NCBI RefSeq assembly: GCF_032444005.1
Contig: NC_091291.1
Coordinates: forward strand, 7,998,001 to 8,062,000
Source of the DNA: Ranitomeya imitator
Taxonomy: Eukaryota
Length of the DNA: 64,000 nucleotides
Reading direction: 5' to 3'
A program made the translations under genes and the position numbers. Shown in pieces: positions 33,732-46,900 of the stretch. The notes beneath the pieces are model-generated. The model had not been told where the DNA came from. It worked only from the letters and a program-made list of their open reading frames with translations, and did no database searches. Position 1 is the first letter of the stretch, and every line of letters starts with the position of its first letter.

Positions 33732-36700
33732 ATGGACATCACCATCCATCACCCCTGGATGCGCCGGCCCCTCGTGGCTGCGCCGCTCTTCCCCAGCCGC
33801 ATCCTGGGACAGAGGTTCGGGGAAGGCGTCCTGGAGTCCGATCTGTTCACCTCTATGATCAGTCCGTATTATCTCCGCTCCCCCAGCGTCCCCCCGACCG
33901 AAGCCAGGCTGTCCGAGGTCAGTGGGGTCACTGACTACAGGGTCCGACGGCGACCATTCTAGTGGAGGACACACTGTTATGGGGGATCTGTGGATAACGC
34001 ACTGTTATGGGTGATCTGTGGATGACACACTGTTATGGGGGATCTGTGGATGACACACTGTTATGGGGGATCTGTGGATAACGCACTTTTATGGGGGATC
34101 TGTGGATGACGCACTGTTATTGGGGATCTGTGGATGACACACTTATGGGGGATCTGTGGATAACGCACTGTTATGGGGGATCTGTGGATGACACACTGTT
34201 ATGGGGAATCTGTGGATGACACTTATGGGAATCTGTGGATGATGCACTGTTATGGGGGATCTGTGGATGACACACTGTTATGGGGAATCTGTGGATGACA
34301 CTTATGTGAATCTGTGGATGATGCACTGTTATGGGGGATCTGTGGGTGACGCACTGTTATGGGGATCTGTGGATGACGCACTGTTATGGGGGATCTGTGG
34401 ATGACGCACTGTTATGGGGATCTGGGGATCATGCACTTATGGGGGATCTGTGGATGATGCACTGTTATGGGGGATCTGTGGATGACGCACTGTTATGGGG
34501 GATCTGTGGATGACGCACTGTTATGGGGGAGCTGGGGATCATGCACTGTTATGGGGGGATCTGTGGATGACGTACTGTTATGGGGGATCTGGTTATCATG
34601 CAGTTATGGCGGATCTGTGGATGACGCACTGTTATGGGGGATCTGTGGATGACACACTGTTATTGGGGATCTGTGGATGACGCACTGTTATGGGGGATAT
34701 GTGGATGAAGCACTGTTATGGGGGATCTGTGAAGCACTGTTATGGGGGATCTGTGGATGATGCACTGTTATGGGGGATATGTGGATGAAGCACTGTTATG
34801 GGGAATCTGTGGATGATGCACTGTTATGGGGGATCTGTGGATGAAGCACTGTTATGGGGGATCTGTGGATGACGCACTGTTATGGGGGATCTGTGGATGG
34901 CACAGTTATGGGGGATCTGTGGATGGCACTGTTATGGAGGATCTGTGGATGACGCACTGTTATGGAGGATCTGTGGATGACGCACGGTTATGGGGGGGAT
35001 CTGTGGATGACACTGTTATGGAGGATCTATGGATGACGCACTGTTATGGGGGAGCTGTGGATGGCACGGTTATGGGGGATCTGTGGATGACGCACTGTTA
35101 TGGGGGATCTGTGGATGACGCACTGTTATAGGGGATCTGTGGATGACGCACTGTTATGGAGGATCTGTGGATGGCACTGTTATGGAGGATCTGTGGATGA
35201 AGCGCTGTTATGGGGGATCTGTGGCTGGCGCACTGTTATGGGGGATCTGTGGATGACACTGTTATGGGGGATCTGTGGATGACGCAGTTATGGGGATCTG
35301 TGGATAACGCACTGTTATGGGGGATCTGTGGATGACGCACTGTTATGGGGGATCTGTGGATGACACCGTTATGGGGGATCTGTGGATGACGCACTGTTAT
35401 GGAGGATCTGTGGATGATGCACTGCTATGGGGGATCTGTGGATGACGCACTGTTATGGAGGATCTGTGGATGACGCACTGCTATGGGGGATCTGTGGATG
35501 ATACTGTTATGTGGGATCTGTGGATGACGCACTGTTATGGGGATCTGTGGATAACGCACTGTTATGGGGGATCTGTGGATGACGCAGTTATAGGGGATCT
35601 GTGGATGACACCGTTATGGGGGATCTGTGGATGACACGGTTATGGGGATCTGTGGATGACGCGCTGTTATGGGGGATCTGTGGATGACGCGCTGTTATGG
35701 GGGATCTGTGGATGACGCGCTGTTATGGGGGATCTGTGGATGACGCGCTGTTATGGGGGATCTGTGGATGACGCACTGTTATGGGGGATCTGTGGATGAC
35801 GCACTGTTATGGGGGATCTGTGGATGACGCACTGTTATGGAGGATCTGTGGATGACGCACTGTTATGGAGGATCTGTGGATGACGCACGGTTATGGGGGG
35901 GATCTGTGGATGACACTGTTATGGAGGATCTATGGATGACGCACTGTTATGGGGGAGCTGTGGATGGCACGGTTATGGGGGATCTGTGGATGGCACTGTT
36001 ATGGGGGATCTGTGGATGACGCACTGTTATAGGGGATCTGTGGATGACGCACTGTTATGGAGGATCTGTGGATGGCACTGTTATGGAGGATCTGTGGATG
36101 AAGCGCTGTTATGGGGGATCTGTGGCTGGCGCACTGTTATGGGGGATCTGTGGATGACACTGTTATGGGGGATCTGTGGATGACGCAGTTATGGGGATCT
36201 GTGGATAACGCACTGTTATGGGGGATCTGTGGATGACGCACTGTTATGGGGGATCTGTGGATGACACCGTTATGGGGGATCTGTGGATGACGCACTGTTA
36301 TGGAGGATCTGTGGATGACGCACTGCTATGGGGGATCTGTGGATGACGCACTGTTATGGAGGATCTGTGGATGACGCACTGCTATGGGGGATCTGTGGAT
36401 GATACTGTTATGTGGGATCTGTGGATGACGCACTGTTATGGGGATCTGTGGATAACGCACTGTTATGGGGGATCTGTGGATGACGCAGTTATAGGGGATC
36501 TGTGGATGACACCGTTATGGGGGATCTGTGGATGACACGGTTATGGGGATCTGTGGATGACGCGCTGTTATGGGGGATCTGTGGATGACGCGCTGTTATG
36601 GGGGATCTGTGGATGACGCGCTGTTATGGGGGATCTGTGGATGACGCGCTGTTATGGGGGATCTGTGGATGACGCACTGTTATGGGGGATCTGTGGATGA

Positions 36701-39377
36701 CGCACTGTTATGGGGGATCTGTGGATGACGCACTGTTATGGGGATCTGTGGATGACACACTGTTATGGGGGATCTGTGGATGACTCACTGTTATGGGGGA
36801 TCTGTGGATGACGCGCTGTTATGGGGGATCTGTGGATGACGCGCTGTTATGGGGGATCTGTGGATGACGCACTGTTATGGGGGATCTGTGGATGACGCGC
36901 TGTTATGGGGGATCTGTGGATGACGCACTGTTATGGGGAATCTGTGGATGACTCACTGTTATGGGGGATCTGTGGATGACGCACTGTTATTGGGGATCTG
37001 TGGATGACGCACTGTTATGGGGGATCTGTGGATGGCACACTGTTATGGGGGATCTGTGGATGACGCACTGTTATGGGGATCTGTGGATAACGCACTGTTA
37101 TGGGGATCTGTGGATGACACACTGTTATGGGGATCTGTGGATGACGCACTGTTATGGGGGATCTGTGGATGACGCACTGTTATGGGGGATCTGTGGATGG
37201 CACACTGTTATGGGGATCTGTGGATGGCACACTGTTATGGGGATCTGTGGATGACGCACTGTTATGGGGATCTGTGGATAACGCACTGTTATGGGGATCT
37301 GTGGATGACACACTGTTATGGGGATCTGTGGATGACGCACTGTTATGGGGATCTGTGGATAACGCACTGTTATGGGGATCTGTGGATGACACACTGTTAT
37401 GGGGATCTGTGGATGACACCATTATAGGGGATCTGTGGATGGCACACTGTTATGGGGATCTGTGGATGACACCATTATAGGGGATCTGTGGATGGCACAC
37501 TGTTATGGGGATCTGTGGATGACACCATTATAGGGGATCTGTGGATGGCACACTGTTATGGGGATCTGTGGATGACACACTGTTATGGGGGATCTGTGGA
37601 TGACACACTGTTATGGGGGATCTGTGGATGACGCACTGTTATGGGGATCTGTGGATAACGCACTGTTATGGGGATCTGTGGATGACGCACTGTTATGGGG
37701 AATCTGTGGATGACGCACTGTTATGGGGGATCTGTGGATGACGCACTGTTATGGGGAATCTGTGGATGACTCACTGTTATGGGGGATCTGTGGATGACGC
37801 ACTGTTATGGGGATCTGTGGATAACGCACTTATGGGGGATCTGGGGATGACGCACTGTTATGGGGGATCTGTGGATGACGCACTGTTATGGGGATCTGTG
37901 GATGGCACACTGTTATGGGGGATCTGTGGATAACGCACTGTTATGGGGATCTGTGGATAACGCACTTATGGGGGATCTGTGGATGACGCACTGTTATGGG
38001 GGATCTGTGGATGACGCGCTGTTATGGGGGATCTGTGGATGGCACTGTTATGGGGGATCTGTGGATGACGCACTGTTATGGGGATCTGTGGATAACGCAC
38101 TTATGGGGGATCTGTGGATGACGCACTGTTATGGGGGATCTGTGGATGACGCACTGTTATGGGGGATCTGTGGATGGCACTGTTATGGGGATCTGTGGAT
38201 GACGCACTGTTATTGGGGATCTGTGGATGACACACTGTTATGGGGGATCTGTGGATGACGCACTGTTATGGGGATCTGTGGATAACGCACTGTTATGGGG
38301 ATCTGTGGATGACGCACTGTTATGGGGAATCTGTGGATGACGCACTGTTATGGGGGATCTGTGGATGACGCACTGTTATGGGGATCTGTGGATGACTCAC
38401 TGTTATGGGGGATCTGTGGATGACGCACTGTTATGGGGATCTGTGGATAACGCACTTATGGGGGATCTGGGGATGACGCACTGTTATGGGGGATCTGTGG
38501 ATGACGCACTGTTATGGGGATCTGTGGATGGCACACTGTTATGGGGGATCTGTGGATAACGCACTGTTATGGGGATCTGTGGATAACGCACTTATGGGGG
38601 ATCTGTGGATGACGCACTGTTATGGGGGATCTGTGGATGACGCGCTGTTATGGGGGATCTGTGGATGGCACTGTTATGGGGGATCTGTGGATGACGCACT
38701 GTTATGGGGATCTGTGGATAACGCACTTATGGGGGATCTGTGGATGACGCACTGTTATGGGGGATCTGTGGATGACGCACTGTTATGGGGGATCTGTGGA
38801 TGGCACTGTTATGGGGGTACACGGATGACGCAGTTTCTCCCTCAGGTGACGCTGGACAAGGACCAGTTCTCGGTTCTTCTGGATGTGAAGCATTTCTCCC
38901 CGGAGGAGCTGACGGTGAAGGTGGTGGGAGATTACGTGGAGGTTCACGCCCGGCACGAGGAGCGACAGGTAACATTTCCGCTGACCACTACAATCCCCAC
39001 CATTTTCAGGTTGCCCCATCCTCCTCGGCTGGTGGAGGCCAATGATGATTGCGTCCTGACCTCACAGCTGGAGCTTTGTTACATTGTAGACATTCCCTCC
39101 AGAGCAGAACTCTCTCCTCTCCTGGACACCGACCCAGTGTAACAAACCTTCAGCTGTGACGATACCACAGCCCCGAGCACTAAATGCCTCTTCTGTCTCG
39201 CAGGATGAACACGGCTTCATCTCCCGGGAGTTTCACCGACGCTACAAGGTCCCGGCGACCGTCAACCCTGCGGCCATAAGCTCCGCGCTCTCTGCGGAGG
39301 GTCTGCTCTCCATCCAGGCCCCCGTGACTGACAGCAGCAAGACGGAGGAGAGGAGCATACCCATCGCCAGGCAGTGA
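33732..39377 (+). CDS. HSPB6: Small heat shock protein HSPB6 (Hsp20), 160 aa
   Basis: Exons 33732-33917, 38846-38968, 39204-39377. N-terminal QRFGEG and SPYYLR motifs; alpha-crystallin domain [14 protein letters not shown]...[19 protein letters not shown]; synteny with LIN37/PROSER3. Confidence 0.9.
33972..38816. repeat. 27-28 bp minisatellite (~170 copies) filling HSPB6 intron 1
   Basis: Unit GATCTGTGGATGACGCACTGTTATGGG(G). Confidence 0.96.
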
Positions 39378-40805
39378 GAGCTGCACCGCCGCCGCCGCCA
39401 GCGCCCTCTGCTGGTCAAAAGTGTGTCTGCACCCCAAATTAACAGATGCCCTCGCGCCTGTGGCTTTAAGGCTAGAAATTCCCAGCATGCTTTACATACA
39501 CAGCCGCCAAACACGGAGGCGACGGAGAAGGCTCTACTGCCCGCTGTCCGGTGAAGAAGTAAATTAAAGGGGTCGTCCGGGACTAAATTTGTAATAATAA
39601 TAATGGTTAGTGATGGATGATGGAGCCGCCGGCCGCCATCTTGGTACACCCGACAGACTTAGTGACTTTCACAAACACTGCTGTATCAAGGTAGAGCGAT
39701 AAAAAGAAATTGATTAATAAAATGTAACAACATATACCGTATATATAATATATAAAAATATGTAAAAAAAAGTTTTTCAAACTTTGTAAACAAAAATTTG
39801 CTCATAGAAGTTAAATTAAAGCTTAAAAACGCCATTAAGAAAAATTGAAACGACTGCACCTCCCCCCCAAAAAAAATGTAAGAAGTGATCAAAAAGTCTT
39901 ATGTGCCCCAAACCGGTATCAATAAAAACTACATCTGGGCACGAAAATAAAACAAAACATATGCAGTAATAATAAAGTTACGAGAGGAGGGAAAAACGGA
40001 AGCGCAAAACTTTCAACTTAAGGGGTTAAATTGTGTAAGATAAACTTAGTCCTGGACGATCTCTTTAATCCCAGAAGAGGTTAGCGGGTGGGCCGTCCGA
40101 AATAAAGATGTAAAAAAAATACCGCTACGGTGGTCAGAAATAAAGGGTTAATCGCGGCGGAGTCATTTGCTTCTTTGAGGTTTGGTTCCGGGAAGGACGG
40201 CGGCGCCCCCCGGTGGTGAACGCAGGAATGAAGGCGGCTTTACAGGGTTTCTCCATCAGGATCTGGGCCGCCGCGGACCCCAACGATCCGTGTTTGGGCC
40301 AAATCGTAATCCACAACGTAGGAGAACCGCCGAGAACGACGCCAGCAACGCGGACTCCAGGACGGTCGGATTCAGTATTTTATCACATTCCGTACAAAGA
40401 AGCAGAAAAACAACAAAACAACACAAAAGAAAGAGATAAGGGGACTAACATCCAAATTTGAGACTACCCCTTTAAGGGGGTCATCCGTTACCTTCTTAGT
40501 GTCTCCGCTAAATAAAATAAACCGCCATCTTTACCCCCCCCGGATCGGCGCGGCCTCGTCTGGTTTCTCTATTCGGGCAGATGAACGTCCCCAATGACGG
40601 AATAGAGAAGGGCTGACGATCTGATCGGCTGCAGCGGTCACCTGAGTGGTGGGAGACACAGCGCTGGTCCGGAGGGGGTAATCATTTTAGGTTTGGCGCA
40701 GCAGATTAGAAAAGGTAAGAAGTTCCACACATGGCTGCAGCGGCGGATTCAGACCAACATCGTCTCTGCCAGCGATGGACCGTCGGGGGAGGGGGTGCCG
40801 CCGCG

Positions 40806-43397
40806 TCACTGCCGCTCGTACATCTCCTTCAGGATCTTCATGCTCTGGGCGTAGCGCTGCTGGTTTCGATAGGACCCTTCCTTCCACCTGGCGCATACAA
40901 ATAAAGTTTATTATCTCTGAATACGGACGGAGGGGTCCGGGGAGCGCAGCGATATTTCCGCCTCCTCTTACCTCTGCCGGATCTTCTTCCAGTGGTGCAT
41001 GTTTTGGTAGATGAGCGCTGACATGCTGGGGGTCCCATCTTCGTTCTGAGATATGAGGGGAGACAGTAAAGCGGGTGGGAGCGCTGCCGCTGGTCTGCAT
41101 TTCCTGCAGCCGCCACTAGAGGGAGCTCCGGGGAGAAGGGATTATTATGGAGTCCTGCGTGTGCCGTGAGCTCCCCCTGCTGGCCGCTAATATGTGTCCT
41201 GATAACGCCCGCCAATACGCCCCTTACTCCGGCCTGTGTAGGATCAGCCCCCCAAAAATAGTTAATAAGTACTTGTAATTCTCCTGAAGGGTACCAATGG
41301 GGCCCCCACTCTCCTTGGGTAGGGCATTAGTTCTGTCCATCTCTACGTATGGAAACAACGGAGTCCTGACGTGTGGTGTACGGACCCCCGCCATACTGGC
41401 CGCACTCACCAGTTCCATTATGGGGGGCACCTCTTGAAAGGGAAGGGGCGACGGTATCCGCAGGTTGATGGGTTCTCCGCTTTCTTTCACCGGGCAGGAG
41501 GACGGTGCCGGCATCTGGTAGATGTTCTGAGCGCTGCCGTTTACTACGTCGCCCTGAAGGTTTGAGAAAGGATCCGATAAGTCTGTGGAAGAACTACAAC
41601 TCCCAGCAGGGAGACACCCACCCCCCCTCCCCCTGCGGCCAGTACCTCCTCTGATGGCGGTGGAGTCAGCGGTGGCTCGGGGACTTTGCTCCCTGGAGAA
41701 TTGCGGAGCCAGGCTCGGCACACGGGGTACAGCGGCGTGTCTTCCGAGAACTGCGCCAAATCCACGCTACGGTCAAAGAGGCGGATGACGAACGTGTCTG
41801 CGAGAGAGAGAGAGGAGATAAAGGGGTTAATGTCGTCTACCAGCGCTGGCCACCGGGGGGCGCCCTTCCCGACTCACTGCTCCTGGGGAGCGTCGCCTCC
41901 GGGAGTCCGTCCTCCTCTTTTCGCTTCTTCCGGCGATGGTGCGAGGGGCGCACGGACGACCTGGTGACCACAGGACGAAATGAACAGAGAGCATAAACCA
42001 CGAGGGGTTAATACTGAGGGCCCCCCCAATATCCTGCTATAGTGGGGGCAGAACACTGTGCTTAGACCCCAATATATCGCACCCTTCTATATTATATATA
42101 TCCGCCCGGTCTAGGGTTCTTCTGAAAAGGACATTACGAGCACAGCCACGCCCATCAGCTCCTCTCCTCCAATCAGCACTGTGGAGAACACTGCGGATTG
42201 GCTGAGAAGCTCTCCGCTCTAATGTCCTTTCCAGCAGGATGCCGGCCGCAGTGACGGAGCCCCAGACGCTGCACAAGGACGCAGGAGAATTACCTCTTTC
42301 CGGCAGCAGATGGAGAAGAGTCTCTGGAAAAGACAAAAAACAAAAGAGGAACCCGATCACGAGACAATTGTGAAACGCCAAGAGGAAGCGCCGACTGTGC
42401 CACTCTATGAACGCCTCCGCCTGTCCGTGCGGAGGGTGGGAAAAAGAAGCAGAAGTGTCCGGGGTGAGAGCCGCAGCGGAGGAGGGGAGTCACACCGCTC
42501 TATTTTATTTACCCTTTAAAGGGAATCGGACCATATATATATCTTTTTTTTTTTAAATGTCCAATTTGTGACTTTTTGCTGCTCGATTTACCGCAATCAG
42601 CGCTGACTGACGCAGCGGTGCGTGTAGATGGCGTCGCTTACTTGCACTGGGGGTCTGCAGATGATTTTCCACTTTCATCTTCCATCTGTTCTCTGCAAAT
42701 CACAAAAAAGATCACAAGTTTACGTCACAATGACGCTCGGCTCTATAGAAGCGAATGGGGCTGAGCTGCAGTACCGCACACGGCCTGCGGACAGGGAGGG
42801 GGCGCTGTGTTCTTTTAGAGTAGCAGCCATGTTTTACATAATCCTGGCAGATATTGAGGACGTGTGCTGTCATCAGTCATCCCCAGAAGATGAGGACCCC
42901 CAAAAAGCTAATCTGCAGAGCATCCAGGTGATAAAAGCCATAAATGTGGTAAACCCCTTTAATATCACAGTAATAGAATCCTATAATGAAGGCACCCCCC
43001 TTACCTGTCCACCTCACTTCTGTCCAGGAGCCCCTTTAAGACGGCATCGAGGCGACTGCGGGCGCTCGCCGCCTCCAGATCTGACGGAGGAGGAAGACAC
43101 ATATCACAATTACAGCAACAAGCCAGAGACAGGTGGACATCCCCTTTAAGAAATTTACCAGCTCATCGCCAAGCCTCGTCCTGCTCTTAACTCATGTATC
43201 GAGGCTTTGGCGGTGATGGCGGAGCTCAGAGGGGGCATGACACGAAAAATAAATGACAATCTTCTGTCCCGCAGCTGCAGACTTGTCACAATGTGTCATT
43301 GTATAGGGAGGCGTCACAGCCGAGGGAATGGGAATTGGGGAAAAGAAGGAGCAGCGTCCTCACCTGTCTTCTCCACCTTCACCTTGGCCAGAGACAT
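40806..43397 (-). CDS. LIN37: MuvB/DREAM subunit LIN37, 241 aa
   Basis: Exons 43364-43397, 43005-43080, 42642-42692, 42294-42323, 41878-41960, 41646-41797, 41410-41553, 40972-41045, 40806-40887. Motifs [45 protein letters not shown]...[11 protein letters not shown]. Probable non-coding first exon with donor at 50132/50133 and acceptor near 43417. Confidence 0.94.
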
Positions 43398-43509
43398 GGC
43401 GGCCGGCAGCGCTCGTCCTGGGGCGTCAGATTCTACAGAGGAGAACAATGGAAATATTCAGATTCAGCAGAGAACGTCTCTCCTGACTGTTCCCCGTCAG
43501 CAGCAGAGT

Positions 43510-43911
43510 CTTCAGGATTGCATAGACCCCTCTGGCTGTTATAACCTGCTGCACACGGGATGTCACCAGACACCGGCTTGTGGCCGCTCCTGAGGAATCC
43601 GAGCCCAGCCCTCATGGCGTTGGCCCCCAGGTCACTAATATTCTTAGGTCCACTGCCTTCTTCACATCTGACCAAAGTTTCTCCTTCAGGTCCACACTAG
43701 GCCCCCACTCCAGAATCTTCTGTGATGTCTTCTGGCACCAAACATCGCTGGACTGTGAGGCGCTGGAATCATTGCTAGATGGAAAGTTCCATTACCCCAG
43801 AGCATCAGCTCCGCACACAAGGAAGGCATTCTCCTAGGATTTCTGACATTCTAATCCATTGTCACATTCAGATTTCCAGTATCCAAAGAAGCAAAACTAT
43901 TGAGTATCGCT
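43510..43911 (-). pseudogene. Fossil Tc1 transposase 3' half
   Basis: Degenerate KHGGGS..SFASLDTGNL..MD, KILEW, LWSDVKKAV, PKNISDL, IPQER and QQVITARG segments in Tc1 order, with frameshifts. Confidence 0.8.
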
Positions 43912-46900
43912 GAGCCTCCACCATGCTTCACTGTATACATCACAGAGCCTCCACCATGCTTCACTGTATACATCACAAGGCCTCCACCATGCTTCACTGT
44001 ATACATCACAGAGCCTCCACCATGCTTCACTGTATACATCACAAGGCCTCCACCATGCTTCACTGTATATATCAGAGCCTCATCCATGCTTCACTGTACA
44101 CATCACAGAGCCTCCACCATGCTTCACTGTATACATCACAGAGCCTCCACCATGCTTCACTGTATACATCACAGAGCCTCCACCATGCTTCACTGTATAT
44201 ATCACAGAGCCTCCACCATGCTTCACTGTATACATCACAGAGCCTCCACCATGCTTCACTGTATACATCACAGAGCCTCCACCATGCTTCACTGTATACA
44301 TCACAGAGCCTCCACCATGCTTCACTGTATACATCACAGAGCCTCCACCATGCTTCACTGTATACATCACAGAGCCTCCACCATGCTTCACTGTATACAT
44401 CACAGAGCCTCCACCATGCTTCACTGTATATATCACAGAGCCTCCACCATGCTTCACTGTATACATCACAGGGCCTCCACCATGCTTCACTGTATACATC
44501 ACAGAGCCTCCACCATGCTTCACTGTATACATCACAGAGCCTCCACCATGCTTCACTGTATACATCACAGGGCCTCCACCATGCTTTACTGTATACATCA
44601 CAGAACCTCCATCATGCTTCACTGTATACATCACAGAACCTCCATCATGCTTCACTGTATACATCACAGGGCCTCCACCATGCTTCACTGTATACATCAC
44701 AGGGCCTCATCCATGCTTCACTGTATACATCACAGGGCCTCCACCACGCTTCACTGTATACATCACAGAGCCTCCACCATGCTTCACTATATACATCACA
44801 GGGCCTCCACCATGCTTCACTATATACATCACAGGGCCTCCACCATGCTTCACTATACATATCAGAGTTTCCCCCATGCTTCACTGTATACATCTCATAC
44901 ACGCTTCACTGTATGTACCACAGAGCCTCCACCATGCTTCACAGTACACATCACAGAGCTTCTACCATGCTCCACTGTACACATCAGAGCTTCCCCCATG
45001 CTTCACTGTATGCATCACAAAGCCTCCGCCATGCTTCACTGTATACATTCACAAAGCCTCATCCATGCTTCACTGTACATATCCCAGAGCTTCCACTATG
45101 CTTCACTGTATACATCACAGAGCCTCATCCATGCTTCACTGTATACATCAGAGCTTCCACCATGCTGCCCTGTACACACAGAACCTCCGCCATGCAGCCC
45201 TGTATACATCACACAGCTCCACCATGCTTAACTGTATACATCACAGGGCCTCCGCCATACTTCACTGTATATATCACTGATCCTCCACCATGCTTGACTG
45301 TATATATCACTGATCCTCTGCCATGCTTCACTGTATACATCACAGAGCCTCCACCATGCTTCACTGTATATATCACAGAGCCTCCGCCATGCTTTACTGT
45401 ATACATCACAGAACCTCCATCATGCTTCACTGTATACATCACAGAGCCTCTACCATGCTTTACTGTATATATCACTGATCCTCCGTTATGCTTCACTGTA
45501 TACATCACTGATCCTCCGCCATGCTTCACTGTATACATCACAGGGCCTCCACCATGCTTCACTGTATACATCACAGAGCCTCATCCATGCTTTACTGTAT
45601 ATATCACTGATCCTCCGCCATACTTCACTGTATACATCACTGATCCTCCGCCATGCTTCACTGTATACATCACAGGGCCTCCACCATGCTTCACTGTATA
45701 TATCACAGAGCCTCATCCATGCTTTACTGTATATATCACAGAACCTCTACCATACTTCACTGTATATTGTGAGCCTCCGCCATGCTTCACTGTATACATC
45801 ACACAACCTCCACCATACTTCACTGTATATTGTGATCCTCTGCCATGATTCACTGTATATATCACAGAGCCTCCACCATGCTTCACTGCATACATCACAG
45901 GGCCTCCACCATGCTTCACTGTATACATCACTGATCCTCCACCATGCTTCACTGTATATATCACTGATCCTCCGCCATGCTTCACTGTATATATCACAGA
46001 GCCTCCACCATGCTTCACTGCATACATCACAGAGCCTCCACCATGCTTCACTGTATACATCACTGATCCTCCACCATGCTTCACTGTATATATCACTGAT
46101 CCTCCGCCATGCTTCACTGTATACATCACTGATCCTCCACCATGCTTCACTGTATATATCACTGATCCTCCGCCATGCTTCACTGTATATATCACAGAGC
46201 CTCCACCATGCTTCACTGCATACATCACAGGGCCTCCACCATGCTTCACTGTATACATCACTGATCCTCCACCATGCTTCACTGTATATATCACTGATCC
46301 TCCGCCATGCTTCACTGTATACATCACTGATCCTCCACCATGCTTCACTGTATATATCACTGATCCTCCGCCATGCTTCACTGTATATATCACAGAGCCT
46401 CCACCATGCTTCACTGCATACATCACAGGGCCTCCACCATACTTCACTGTAAACATCACTGATCCTCCACCATGCTTCACTGTATATATCACTGATCCTC
46501 CGCCATGCTTCACTGTATATATCACTGATCCTCCGCCATGCTTCACTGTATATATCACAGAGCCTCCATCATACTTCACTGTATACATCACTGATCCTCC
46601 ACCATGCTTCACTGTATACATCACTGATCCTCCACCATGCTTCACTGTATACATCACTGATCCTCCACCATGCTTCACTGTATATATCACAGAGCCTCCA
46701 CCATGCTTCACTGTATATATCACAGAGCCTCCACCATGCTTCACTGCATACATCACAGGGCCTCCACCATGCTTCACTGCATACATCACAGGGCCTCCAC
46801 CATGCTTCACTGTATACATCACAGGGCCTCCACCATGCTTCACTGCATACATCACTGATCCTCCACCATGCTTCACTGTATATATCACAGAGCCTCCACC

